From the NCBI GenBank assembly GCA_009995545.1, contig JAACPI010000008.1:1-52885 (forward strand): a stretch of 52,885 nucleotides of DNA, in the 5' to 3' direction. The position numbers were made by a program, and so were the translations under genes. Source of the DNA: a bacterium (GTDB taxonomy: Bacteria > Patescibacteriota > WWE3 > 2-01-FULL-39-13 > JAACPI01). Shown piece by piece: positions 28,976 to 38,221 of this stretch (its first letter is position 1; each line of letters starts with the position of its first letter). The notes beneath the pieces are model-generated. The model ran no database searches. It saw nothing but the letters and a program-made list of their open reading frames with translations, and had not been told where the DNA came from.

Positions 28976-29938
28976 ATGCTCAAAAGATTCAAAAATAGCA
29001 ATAATATGTTTTATCAATTAGTTAGAGAAGTTAGGCCTCGTCAGTGGATAAAAAATGCTATTATTTTTGGCCCTCTAGTTTTGGGTAACAAGCTTTTTGT
29101 TTTTGAGTCTCTTTTTAACTGTTTTGTAGCTTTTATTGTTTTTTCTTTTGCTGCCTCATTTGTGTACATAGTAAATGATGTAGTGGATATCGAAAAAGAC
29201 AGAAAGCACCCCATTAAAAGTAACAGACCTTTAGCCAGTGGTAAGTTAAAGATTAGTACTGCTTTAAAGGCGGCAATAGTTTTTTTAACTTTTGCTTTGG
29301 TTCTATCTTTAAAGGTAAACGATTTTTTGTTTTTTTTAACCCTAGCTTACGTATTGCTCCAACTTTCGTACTCTTTTTATCTTAAAAACTTTATTATTAT
29401 CGACGCTTTAATAGTATCCTTGGGTTTTATAATAAGGGTTTTTGCGGGTGGTGTTGCTGCTTCTGCCTCGATTTCTAGTTGGTTAATTTTATCAGTGATT
29501 GGACTATCTTTACTTTTGGCTTTTGGTAAAAGAAGAGGGGAAAGAACCATACTCTCTAGTAAACAACTTAGCTTAGATACTAGAGATACTTTAAAAAACT
29601 ACCCCGATACTTTACTAGACTCTATGATCTCAATGTCTGCAGCTTACGCAATTATTAGCTATTCTTTATTTGCCTTTCAAACTTCTCCCGACAGGCCAAC
29701 ACCCGAGCTTTTTAAAGACTTTTTGCCTTATACACTCTCGTCTCCAAAGTGGATGATGTTAACCATACCTTTGGTTATCTACGGTGTTGCAAGGTACTTA
29801 TATGTAATATATGAAAGCAAAAATGCGGAATCTCCTGAAAGGGCCTTATTACAAGACAAATTTCTATTAGGAGCTATTGGTATTTGGGGATTGATGATAT
29901 TGTTTTTTTACTACGTTCTAGGTACAGTTAATATATAA
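28976..29938 (+). CDS. UbiA-family polyprenyl-phosphate phosphoribosyltransferase (DPPR synthase-like)
   Basis: RPRQWIKN, YIVNDVVDIEKDRKHPIKSNRPLASG, YSFYLK, GKRRGE. Confidence 0.88.
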   Translation: MLKRFKNSNNMFYQLVREVRPRQWIKNAIIFGPLVLGNKLFVFESLFNCFVAFIVFSFAASFVYIVNDVVDIEKDRKHPIKSNRPLASGKLKISTALKAAIVFLTFALVLSLKVNDFLFFLTLAYVLLQLSYSFYLKNFIIIDALIVSLGFIIRVFAGGVAASASISSWLILSVIGLSLLLAFGKRRGERTILSSKQLSLDTRDTLKNYPDTLLDSMISMSAAYAIISYSLFAFQTSPDRPTPELFKDFLPYTLSSPKWMMLTIPLVIYGVARYLYVIYESKNAESPERALLQDKFLLGAIGIWGLMILFFYYVLGTVNI

Positions 29939-29960
29939 TCATAATTAATTTTTCATAGCT

Positions 29961-30302
29961 ATGGATACAAAAAAACTTGCTTCAAGACCCATATCTATAA
30001 CAATAATTTGTATTTTAGGTTTTTTGGGTATTCTTCCAAGTGTGTTCTTGGTCTTTAGCGAAGCTGCCAAATCAATCGGCTCTTGGTACCCCCCTTATTT
30101 GGGATTATCTATAGTTTTTGGTCTTATAAGTTTTACAGGGATGTGGTTAATGAAAAAGTGGGGTGCTTATCTTTACTCAGGATTTTTTTTATTAAATCAA
30201 ATACTAATGATTTACATGGGGGTTTGGAATATTTTTGCTTTAGTTCTGCCTGGGGTAGTTGTAGGAGTTGCTTTGTATAATTTAAAGAAAATGTCAGATT
30301 AA
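29961..30302 (+). CDS. Small 4-TM hypothetical protein
   Basis: RPISITIIC...GMWLMKKWG, hydrophobic throughout. Confidence 0.75.
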   Translation: MDTKKLASRPISITIICILGFLGILPSVFLVFSEAAKSIGSWYPPYLGLSIVFGLISFTGMWLMKKWGAYLYSGFFLLNQILMIYMGVWNIFALVLPGVVVGVALYNLKKMSD

Positions 30303-30332
30303 ATGGTTTTTTAATTAAGTTAAAAAACCATT
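30302..30332. terminator. Possible bidirectional terminator between convergent genes
   Basis: AATGGTTTTTTAA-ttaag-TTAAAAAACCATT, AT-rich stem. Confidence 0.45.
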
Positions 30333-30709
30333 CCTTTTACCCATACAGCACTGTCACTTAGGTTTATAATTTCAATTTCCCCATCTTTATTTGTGGCATA
30401 AGATTCTTTATTCCCTTCTGTTAGAACTATTTGTGAGGTGCCTGATGCCCCTTTTAAAGTTTTGGTAAAGTATTCCTTAGGTTCTAATATTATCTCAAAA
30501 CTAATTATCTTGGCTCGAGATTCTGTATATTTAACTCTTCCGTCTATTACACTGGTGCTTTTTATCGAAGTACCCAGAACCTTTGAATTATCTGCATTCG
30601 GGCCTTTAAACGAGTTAAAAGATATAATTGGAAGAGCCAGAAGTCCTAGCATTACAGCAAACAAAGCCAAGGAGCTCATTAATTTTTTAAAATAGTAATT
30701 TATATTCAT
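30320..30709 (-). CDS. Membrane-anchored hypothetical protein
   Basis: N-terminal TM followed by a KVLG motif. ATGA overlap with the upstream gene. Confidence 0.7.
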   Translation of the reverse strand: MNINYYFKKLMSSLALFAVMLGLLALPIISFNSFKGPNADNSKVLGTSIKSTSVIDGRVKYTESRAKIISFEIILEPKEYFTKTLKGASGTSQIVLTEGNKESYATNKDGEIEIINLSDSAVWVKGMVF

Positions 30710-31245
30710 GAGACTGACACAAAAATTGCGTGCTCCTTTTCAATATCAATCACTGAAAGCACTGTTAGTACTGAGGACATAATAAGTGACCCGTATAGGA
30801 CCCAGTCACTCGTTAACCCTAAAAAATATTGGGTGATTATTAAAATTGCAATAATCCACATGAAAATTACCCAAGCTGCTAGTTTTACAAATAAGCCCAT
30901 ATTTTTAACTAGCAAACCTTCTAAATTTTGGCTATACAACCAGGAGCTTAGAGAGGGTTTTATATGTGAGTGGTGTAAAAAGTATCCTTTAAAAACCAAC
31001 CATGAGGTAAAGCTGAATGCTACTAAAAAGGTAAGTGCACTGGAGTAATCATTAGCCATCTTAAAGTTTGTAAAACTGCTAAAAATTATCCCATTAGAAG
31101 TAGCTTCGTACGAAAGACCGTAAAGTGTTGAAAAAAATATCATTGTTAAGGCCTTTGTAAAAACCAAAACTATTGAAGGCATTACACACATTCTTACAAA
31201 ATGAGCGAATATTGGGCTATGGTGAGTACTCTGGGCAGAATTCAT
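30706..31245 (-). CDS. Hypothetical 4-TM protein
   Basis: 179-aa hydrophobic ORF containing HHSHIKP. Confidence 0.75.
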   Translation of the reverse strand: MNSAQSTHHSPIFAHFVRMCVMPSIVLVFTKALTMIFFSTLYGLSYEATSNGIIFSSFTNFKMANDYSSALTFLVAFSFTSWLVFKGYFLHHSHIKPSLSSWLYSQNLEGLLVKNMGLFVKLAAWVIFMWIIAILIITQYFLGLTSDWVLYGSLIMSSVLTVLSVIDIEKEHAIFVSVS

Positions 31246-31361
31246 CTATGTATATAATAACTCTAAAGTTGATGCTATTGCAATGGATTTTGCCTTTAAA
31301 TAGGTTTGGTTTTAGCAATCAATACTTTTTCTTGGTTTTGATTTACTATAGTCATATAACT

Positions 31362-33047
31362 ATGAGATTTTATTTTAACAAAACAATTACAATACTTGAG
31401 TTTGTGCTAATCATTAGCCCTTCCTTGGTAATACCTTTTATGGTCGAGGCTTACGAACTTCCAAAAACATTGTTTATACTCCTTTTACTTTCTTTCTCAC
31501 TAATTACTTATAAGTTTAGAACGGGTACTGAAAAAAGTAATAAGATCCCTGGCCATAATTTGTCTTACTTAAATCTTGTGCTATTTGGGTATTTAACTTT
31601 GTATGTATTATCTAGTTTATTTTCGTCTAACCTTAGTACCTCTTTATTGGGATATTATGGTAGATTTGCAGGGTCCCTACTCTTTTTAGGTGTAACTATA
31701 TTTTTTTTAAACGAAAATGAGAAAAAACTAGCCAATTGGTCTGATTCTAGAATATCTTTTATTCTATCTTTGGGTTCTGTTGTTCCTGTTTTATTTTCTT
31801 ATGCCCAGATACTTAACCCTTCTGTGTTGTTTCAAACTTTTGGTAGAGTTTACTCAACTTTTGGTCAGCCAAATTGGTTTGGAGGTTATTTGGTAATTGT
31901 ATTGTTAATTCATACTATTTCATACGTGGTTGATAGGAGAAACCTTTCCCTCTTTTACTTTGTATTTACCTTAATTCCCATTTTTTATACTTTATCTCTC
32001 TCAGCTCTTCTCACTCTAATTTTGGCACTTTGTATTTTTTGGTTTGTACCCTTTACAAATAAAAGCAGTTTTAGGTTAAATATTATTCTGTTGTTTTTTA
32101 TACTGACTACCGTTTTGCATGGCGGAAGTTTAGTATTAAGACTTAATCATCAAGTTTTTGCAAGCGATAATAATGAGAACAGTATCCTAACTAATGACAC
32201 AGGTTATATTCGAGGTATCCTTGCAAAATCAGCTTTTTTGCAGGTGGTAAAATCCCCAAAACTGTTACTGATTGGGGCTGGACCCGAGAACTTCGCCTAT
32301 GATTTTAAAAGGCCTAGTAGTTTAAACCAAACATCCGAGTGGTCTTACTTGTACGATAAGCCACATAATTTTTTTGTCGAAGAATTTTTTGAAACAGGTA
32401 TCCTGGGTTTATTGTTTTTTACGGCCCTTTTTATTTTTTTAGCTTTTAATCTTAAAAAGAATATTTATTATATTTTACCTTTAGCCCTATTATTTAATTC
32501 TCTTTTTGGTTGGCTCACTGCTTACACGTATCTTTTATTATTTATCTTTTTAGTTAAATTTCTGATAAAACAAGGTTTTGACAGAAGATATGTAAGTTTT
32601 ACTTTTAGAGTGAAAAACTTTTTGATATACGATTTTATATTTGTGTTTACCTTGATATATGTTTTTAGCTTTTCGATAATTAAAGTCAATCCTTGTCTTT
32701 CCTTTAAACTATTCCCCTATTATCAAAATTTCTCTTGGTTTTGTTTGTCGGGTAATTTAAATGATGAAAATACTAAAACTATTCTAAATTTAAACCCTAA
32801 AAACAGGCTTTTAAAAGAGAGTTTGGCTTTAAAGATAATGAATAAGAACCCTGCCAAGTCTAAAGAACTTTTAGTAAGCTTATTAACTCGGGACTACACA
32901 AACCCGATATACTTTTATTACTTGGGTCAGTTGTATGAAAAACAGGGGGATACTGCGGAGGCTGTAAAGCAGTATACTCTTGCTCTAGAGCTGAAGCCAA
33001 GATTCCTACAGGCTCAATCTAGAATGCTATATTTAAATACTAAATAG
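31362..33047 (+). CDS. O-antigen ligase (Wzy_C)-like protein with a C-terminal TPR
   Basis: YELPK, RVYSTFGQPNWFGGYL, LIGAGPENF, DKPHN...ETGILG, TPR YYLGQLYEKQGDTAEA. ATG at 31362. Confidence 0.85.
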   Translation: MRFYFNKTITILEFVLIISPSLVIPFMVEAYELPKTLFILLLLSFSLITYKFRTGTEKSNKIPGHNLSYLNLVLFGYLTLYVLSSLFSSNLSTSLLGYYGRFAGSLLFLGVTIFFLNENEKKLANWSDSRISFILSLGSVVPVLFSYAQILNPSVLFQTFGRVYSTFGQPNWFGGYLVIVLLIHTISYVVDRRNLSLFYFVFTLIPIFYTLSLSALLTLILALCIFWFVPFTNKSSFRLNIILLFFILTTVLHGGSLVLRLNHQVFASDNNENSILTNDTGYIRGILAKSAFLQVVKSPKLLLIGAGPENFAYDFKRPSSLNQTSEWSYLYDKPHNFFVEEFFETGILGLLFFTALFIFLAFNLKKNIYYILPLALLFNSLFGWLTAYTYLLLFIFLVKFLIKQGFDRRYVSFTFRVKNFLIYDFIFVFTLIYVFSFSIIKVNPCLSFKLFPYYQNFSWFCLSGNLNDENTKTILNLNPKNRLLKESLALKIMNKNPAKSKELLVSLLTRDYTNPIYFYYLGQLYEKQGDTAEAVKQYTLALELKPRFLQAQSRMLYLNTK

Positions 33048-33058
33048 TTAGGTTTACT

Positions 33059-34240
33059 TTATGGTGTCTCTGGCTCGGATTTTTTAAGATAACTAGAAAA
33101 TGCATATGCTTCTTTTTCTTCTTCACCCTCTTTATACTGTACTTTAAACCAATCTCCTTCTTGTCCTAAAACCTTTACTGTATCTCCAACGTTGAGTTGG
33201 TGGACTATCTCTCCTGTTAACTCAGGCTTATCTCTAACATTAAGGTATCCTAAACCTGTTTCTGTAACTTCGTAGAGTAGATTCTGCGTTGCTGCTACGG
33301 GGGAGTTAGTTATAGCACTTAAGGTGTCACTTGCCTGAGTAGACATTTCTTTAGCATTGTCATCCAAACTTAAATACCCAATTAAAATTAAGGTACCTTC
33401 CTTTGACTCCGTTAAGGTTACCGCATCCTTGTTTAAAACTTTACCATCTCCCGAGTAAAGTGTGCCTCCACTATCTATAAAGTAGTCAAAACCCTTTATG
33501 CTGTCTGTATCTATAATTGCCTCGCCTCTGGTTTTTAGCCAGTAATCTATGGCCTGAGCCCAGTCACCCTGTTGGTTACTTTTAATTAAGGGATCTATAA
33601 AGTTATATATTTTGTAGAAACTGTTAGATTCTAGTCCCATAGTATTTTTAGAAATAGGTTTTAAAAAAAGCTGTGATGAAACGTTTAAGGTAAAACCATT
33701 TTCTAGTTTTACGTTAAGTTTTTGGGCTTCGTAACCATCTTTTTCTATTACAATGGTGTATTCTCCATTATCACTTTCTAATAGATCTTTTTTTGAGATA
33801 GTAATTGGGGTAGAACCTAAAGACTTATTGTTAATTTTAACGGTAGCATCCTTTGGGGTTGAAGAAACAAAAAGGTCTGAGGTATTACTGTTGGCTTTGT
33901 CGTACCATAAAATTTGATTAGCTGAAAATTTGTCAGATACACCAACATCTATAGATATAGTTGTATAAGCGGCCTCGGTTAAAATTATGTCTTTGGTAAA
34001 GGAGTTATTGTCGGTTGAAATTTTTATTTGGTTAACCCCTGGTTTTAAATCTATCAGGTCCAAGGGGGCCTTACCCAACTCTTTGTTTTTAAGACTGACG
34101 GTAGCGTCTCGATACTTCGATGTTATGGATAACGCAGCGGGTTTACTCGATACATTCTTATAATATGTAAAACCTAAAAATATTACTCCAGTTAAAAAAA
34201 GTACTACAGGGGTTATGATGGGCAAGTAACTTTTGTTCAT
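33059..34240 (-). CDS. PEGA-domain protein with a C-terminal bacterial SH3 domain
   Basis: VSSTPKDATVKIN...LGSTP...IEKDGY; GYLNVRDKP...GDWFKV. Confidence 0.85.
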   Translation of the reverse strand: MNKSYLPIITPVVLFLTGVIFLGFTYYKNVSSKPAALSITSKYRDATVSLKNKELGKAPLDLIDLKPGVNQIKISTDNNSFTKDIILTEAAYTTISIDVGVSDKFSANQILWYDKANSNTSDLFVSSTPKDATVKINNKSLGSTPITISKKDLLESDNGEYTIVIEKDGYEAQKLNVKLENGFTLNVSSQLFLKPISKNTMGLESNSFYKIYNFIDPLIKSNQQGDWAQAIDYWLKTRGEAIIDTDSIKGFDYFIDSGGTLYSGDGKVLNKDAVTLTESKEGTLILIGYLSLDDNAKEMSTQASDTLSAITNSPVAATQNLLYEVTETGLGYLNVRDKPELTGEIVHQLNVGDTVKVLGQEGDWFKVQYKEGEEEKEAYAFSSYLKKSEPETP

Positions 34241-34335
34241 AACAATATGTTAGCATAGAAGTATTCTGTTTGGCTTTAACAAAAATACACAGGTACCTGT
34301 ATATTTATTATGTTAAGAAGTTTATAATTTGTATA

Positions 34336-35352
34336 ATGCCTAATAAGAAAGTAGTTTTTTTTGAAACAAACGAGTTTCAAAAAAAATATTTAACTGCCAA
34401 ATTAAAAAACGATTTCGACACTGTATTTGTTTCGGATACTTTAAATGATAAAAATATTGGGTTAGCTGGTGAAGCTGAGTATCTTGGAGTGTTTATTAAC
34501 AGTAGGGTTGATTCAAAGGTATTACAAAAACTTCCTAAACTTAAGTCCATAGTAACCCTATCCACTGGGTTTGATCATATTGACTTACAAGAATGTAAAA
34601 AAAGAGGTATTACTGTAAGCAATGTTCCCCATTATGGAGAAAACACCGTTGCAGAGCACACTCTTGCCTTAATATTAGCAATCTCAAGAAAAATAATACC
34701 CGCAAATAATAGAGTAAAAGAGGGCCATTTTAGTCCTAAAGGTTTAGTCGGTTTTGATTTAAAGGGTAAAACTTTAGGAATTGTGGGGTGTGGTAGTATA
34801 GGAAAACACGTTGCTAAAATGGCTTTTGGTTTTGATATGAAGCTTTTGGCTATGGATTTATACGAAGATATCGAAATGAAACAAAAGTATGGTTTAAAAT
34901 ATTTACCTTTAGATAAACTTTTAGAACAGTCGGACATTGTTACCTTCCATGCCCCTTATAATAAAAGCACCCATCACCTTTTAAATAAAAGCAATATTAA
35001 TAAAACTAAAAAAGGGGTGGTGATTATAAATACTTCAAGGGGGGCTTTAATAGAAACTGATGCGTTGTACGATGCCTTAGTAGAAGGTCAGGTTAAAGCT
35101 GCCGGCTTAGATGTTTTAGAAGAAGAAAAGTTTTTAAGTGAAGAAGCGGAGCTTTTGTACAGTGATGAAAGTTTAGTAAAAGATTTAAAAACAGTTGTTA
35201 CAAACCATGTTTTAATTAACCACCCTAATGTATTAATTACACCCCATAGTGCTTTTAATAGCAAAGAAGCAATACAGCGAATCCTAGATACTACTTGTGA
35301 TAACCTAAGGGGGTTTTTCCAGGGAGAAGAAATTAATACTGTTGCATTTTAA
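34336..35352 (+). CDS. D-isomer-specific 2-hydroxyacid dehydrogenase (D-lactate dehydrogenase-like)
   Basis: STGFDHID, VAEH, GCGSIG, INTSRG, LDVLE, ITPHSAF. ATG at 34336. Confidence 0.93.
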   Translation: MPNKKVVFFETNEFQKKYLTAKLKNDFDTVFVSDTLNDKNIGLAGEAEYLGVFINSRVDSKVLQKLPKLKSIVTLSTGFDHIDLQECKKRGITVSNVPHYGENTVAEHTLALILAISRKIIPANNRVKEGHFSPKGLVGFDLKGKTLGIVGCGSIGKHVAKMAFGFDMKLLAMDLYEDIEMKQKYGLKYLPLDKLLEQSDIVTFHAPYNKSTHHLLNKSNINKTKKGVVIINTSRGALIETDALYDALVEGQVKAAGLDVLEEEKFLSEEAELLYSDESLVKDLKTVVTNHVLINHPNVLITPHSAFNSKEAIQRILDTTCDNLRGFFQGEEINTVAF

Positions 35353-35379
35353 CCTCCTTTTGTATACTATAAGATATCT

Positions 35380-36048
35380 ATGCCAAAAATAATTGAGATA
35401 ACCCCCTACCAATTAGAGGTAACCCGTGCAACCTACGATGCCTGTGCTTCTGTATATGCAGAAAAGGTTGAGTGGGCCGACCTTATATCCGATCAGGTAA
35501 AAAAAAGATTGGTACAGCCTTTAAACAATGAGATACCTCGGAATTCTTGCGTTGCAGTTCTGGGGTGTGGTACCGGGCGAGATGTTAAGGAATTCAAAAA
35601 ATATGGTCATAACGTCATAGGATTTGATCTATCTAAGGGTATGTTGGAAGTTGCAAAACAAAAAGTACCTAATGTGGAATTCAGAAAAATTGATCTGTCG
35701 AAGGACCCTCTTCCAGAGATCTTATTTGATGCCTTATATGCAGATAGTGTTCTATCTTATATACCCCATAACAGACTTTGTTTTACTTTAAATTCTTTTT
35801 ACAGTAGTTTGAAGCCTGGTGGTAAGGGGTTGTTGGGTTTTAAGATTAATGGGTATGGTGTTCTTCAAGACAATATTTTGAATATTGGAGGCGAGGTTAG
35901 TTCCAGATTTTATCAAACTTACCCCCGCGACTACGTTGAAGCTCAAGTTTTGGCGGCTAATTTTAAAATTATCAAAAGCAAAGTATACAAAGACAGTTTG
36001 GAGCGGCCTACAAAATGGTATGATATATTCGTTGTTAAACCTGATTAG
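35380..36048 (+). CDS. Class I SAM-dependent methyltransferase
   Basis: VLGCGTGRD, GFDLSKGML, LKPGG. Confidence 0.88.
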   Translation: MPKIIEITPYQLEVTRATYDACASVYAEKVEWADLISDQVKKRLVQPLNNEIPRNSCVAVLGCGTGRDVKEFKKYGHNVIGFDLSKGMLEVAKQKVPNVEFRKIDLSKDPLPEILFDALYADSVLSYIPHNRLCFTLNSFYSSLKPGGKGLLGFKINGYGVLQDNILNIGGEVSSRFYQTYPRDYVEAQVLAANFKIIKSKVYKDSLERPTKWYDIFVVKPD

Positions 36049-36066
36049 TACTGTTATCATTGAACA

Positions 36067-36657
36067 ATGAAGGTATATTACATTGCAGCCATATACGCAG
36101 CTGAAAAGTACAAGACTAGTTATGAGGGGATAAATAAAGTTCTACAAAAGCATGACCCTGCTTTAGTGAACGAAAATTTTTTTGGCCTTAGTCTAGAGAA
36201 ACTAAAAAACCCCCGTACTGGTGATTCTAGAGAGCAGCACTACAAAAAGGTTTTAGCGAGTATAAAAAAAGCAGATTTGATAGTAGCGGAGGTTTCTTAT
36301 CCTTCTTCAATTAATGTTGGTCATGAAATAACATTGGCGTTGGAGTTCGAAAAGCCCGTTTTGGCATTATACAGTGAGGGTAATAGCCCTATGTTTTTAG
36401 AGGGCTACCAATCTGATAAATTCATTTTAGCTCCTTACAGTCTAACAAAAATTTCAGATCTTGATAGAATTATAAATTCAAGCATAAAAAAACTGATGAA
36501 GGCTATTGATATACGTTTTAACTTTTTTGTTTCTCCAAAAATATCTACTTATTTAGATTGGGTAAGTAAAGAAAAACGTATCCCAAGATCTGTTTATTTA
36601 AGAAAACTAATTGAGGAGGATATGAGAAAAGAAAAAGATTATTCTGAGGGCAATTAG
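36067..36657 (+). CDS. Nucleoside 2-deoxyribosyltransferase/DNPH1-like domain fused to a ribbon-helix-helix domain
   Basis: MKVYY, ADLIVAEVSYPSSINVGHEITLALEFEKPVLAL; RFNFFVSPKISTYLDWVS...PRSVYLRKLIE. Confidence 0.75.
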   Translation: MKVYYIAAIYAAEKYKTSYEGINKVLQKHDPALVNENFFGLSLEKLKNPRTGDSREQHYKKVLASIKKADLIVAEVSYPSSINVGHEITLALEFEKPVLALYSEGNSPMFLEGYQSDKFILAPYSLTKISDLDRIINSSIKKLMKAIDIRFNFFVSPKISTYLDWVSKEKRIPRSVYLRKLIEEDMRKEKDYSEGN

Positions 36658-36702
36658 TTTATATCTTACGTTTAGGATTTTAAAATAATTTTTTTTACTT
36701 TT

Positions 36703-37428
36703 ATGCAACAAGCACCAAACCCCCAAATGGCAGGTTTTTTAGAAAGATTTTTAGCTTCTTTTATAGATGGAATAATAGTAATGGTAGGTTTCTATATCGT
36801 AATGATACCCTTGGCGCTTATAGGCGGAGGTATGTCCACATTAATGCTTCCTGCAGATAATTCTGGCACAGACGCTTTGGGTATATTTATGATGTTGGTT
36901 ATCTACCTTATTGCTATGGTAATGCCCCTTTTGTATTACATTTATTTTTATACTAAAAATGGTCAAACCCTGGGTAAAAAGATTTTAAATATAAAGGTTG
37001 TTAGACCCGCCGATAATTCCTACTTAAGTTGGGGAAGAGTTTTACTGAGAGAAACTGTAGGTAAATTATTAAGTAGCTTCTTTTTTGGGCTTGGTTATTT
37101 CTGGTATTTTTCTAGTGCAGAAAGACAAGCCTGGCATGATAGCATTTCTGACAGTATAGTAGTAAAAACTGATTCCACGGGCAAAATTTTGCTTGACGGG
37201 CCAGATCTTTACCCTCAGGAATATGTTAAAACCTTTTTACCCTGTGGGTGTATTACTCTTTTTTATGCAGCACTTATTTTTGCAATAGTTATGTTTGGCA
37301 TTGCCGCGTCTGGGTCAGAGTCTGCTACTAAAAAAGCAATACAAAAAAGTAACACTACAGAATACGTCGATAAATATGATATCGCGCCTAAAACTCCCAG
37401 TGTTCTTGATCCAACAGAAACTAAATAA
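36703..37428 (+). CDS. RDD-family membrane protein
   Basis: AGFLERFLASFID, GQTLGKKILNIKVV, RQAWHDSISDSIVV. Confidence 0.9.
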   Translation: MQQAPNPQMAGFLERFLASFIDGIIVMVGFYIVMIPLALIGGGMSTLMLPADNSGTDALGIFMMLVIYLIAMVMPLLYYIYFYTKNGQTLGKKILNIKVVRPADNSYLSWGRVLLRETVGKLLSSFFFGLGYFWYFSSAERQAWHDSISDSIVVKTDSTGKILLDGPDLYPQEYVKTFLPCGCITLFYAALIFAIVMFGIAASGSESATKKAIQKSNTTEYVDKYDIAPKTPSVLDPTETK

Positions 37429-37442
37429 CTTTTTCTTTGTAA

Positions 37443-38168
37443 ATGAATTTAGCTGAGGGTTTAGATGCTGATATTTCCACCTCTGAATAACAATTACCAG
37501 AAACTGAATCTGTAAAAAGAGCGGTTAGTGAAGAAACAGTCCCAGTTATATCCCAAGTTATAGTTTCTAAAACTGTACCACAAACACCCACAACCGTGCC
37601 TACCGCAAGCTTAGACTCTTCTAGAAAAAAGAGAATTATAGTCATTTCTGCTGTTTTAGTTTTACTTTTCCTCAGACTTACTTTGGTGTTCTTAATTCTT
37701 TCCACACTGACCCTTATGAAACTTAATCCTGCTAAAACTTTAGCTACAGCAAAAGAAAGTTCCTGGATGAATATGTGTTTTAAACTGAGTTCTTCGATAG
37801 AAATAAATAAATTAGATAATGGTGTCTATGCTTGGGAAAAGGCACAAGACCCTAAAGTTAAGGATTCAGTAATTCTGCCTTTAAGTAAAGATACTAACTA
37901 CACTTTTAAGTGGTTTAGTCCAGAAGGCAAAACCGATTTAGAGGAGTTAATCACTCTTTCCGCTGGTTCCGGTTTAACATTTGAAGGCATATATTTTGTC
38001 ACAACTAAAGACTCTTATGGTTTCTGCTATATACCTGCAGATTTATCTATAACACTTAGTAAGAATACGAACCTTTCACAGTATGGGGATAAATATGCCT
38101 TTGTCATGAGTAAACTGAGTTTACCAGATTCAAAACCACCAAAAAGCGTTTTTGAAAAGTTTAACTAA
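37443..38168 (+). pseudogene. Membrane-anchored protein gene interrupted by one in-frame TAA (or a shorter gene starting at GTG 37596)
   Basis: ATG at 37443 is in frame with ORF 37596..38168. The only stop between them is TAA at 37488-37490. Confidence 0.55.
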
Positions 38169-38221
38169 TTGGGTTAGGTAGCTGGATTTATTTATAAATA
38201 TTCTGTAGAATCCCCTTTGTT

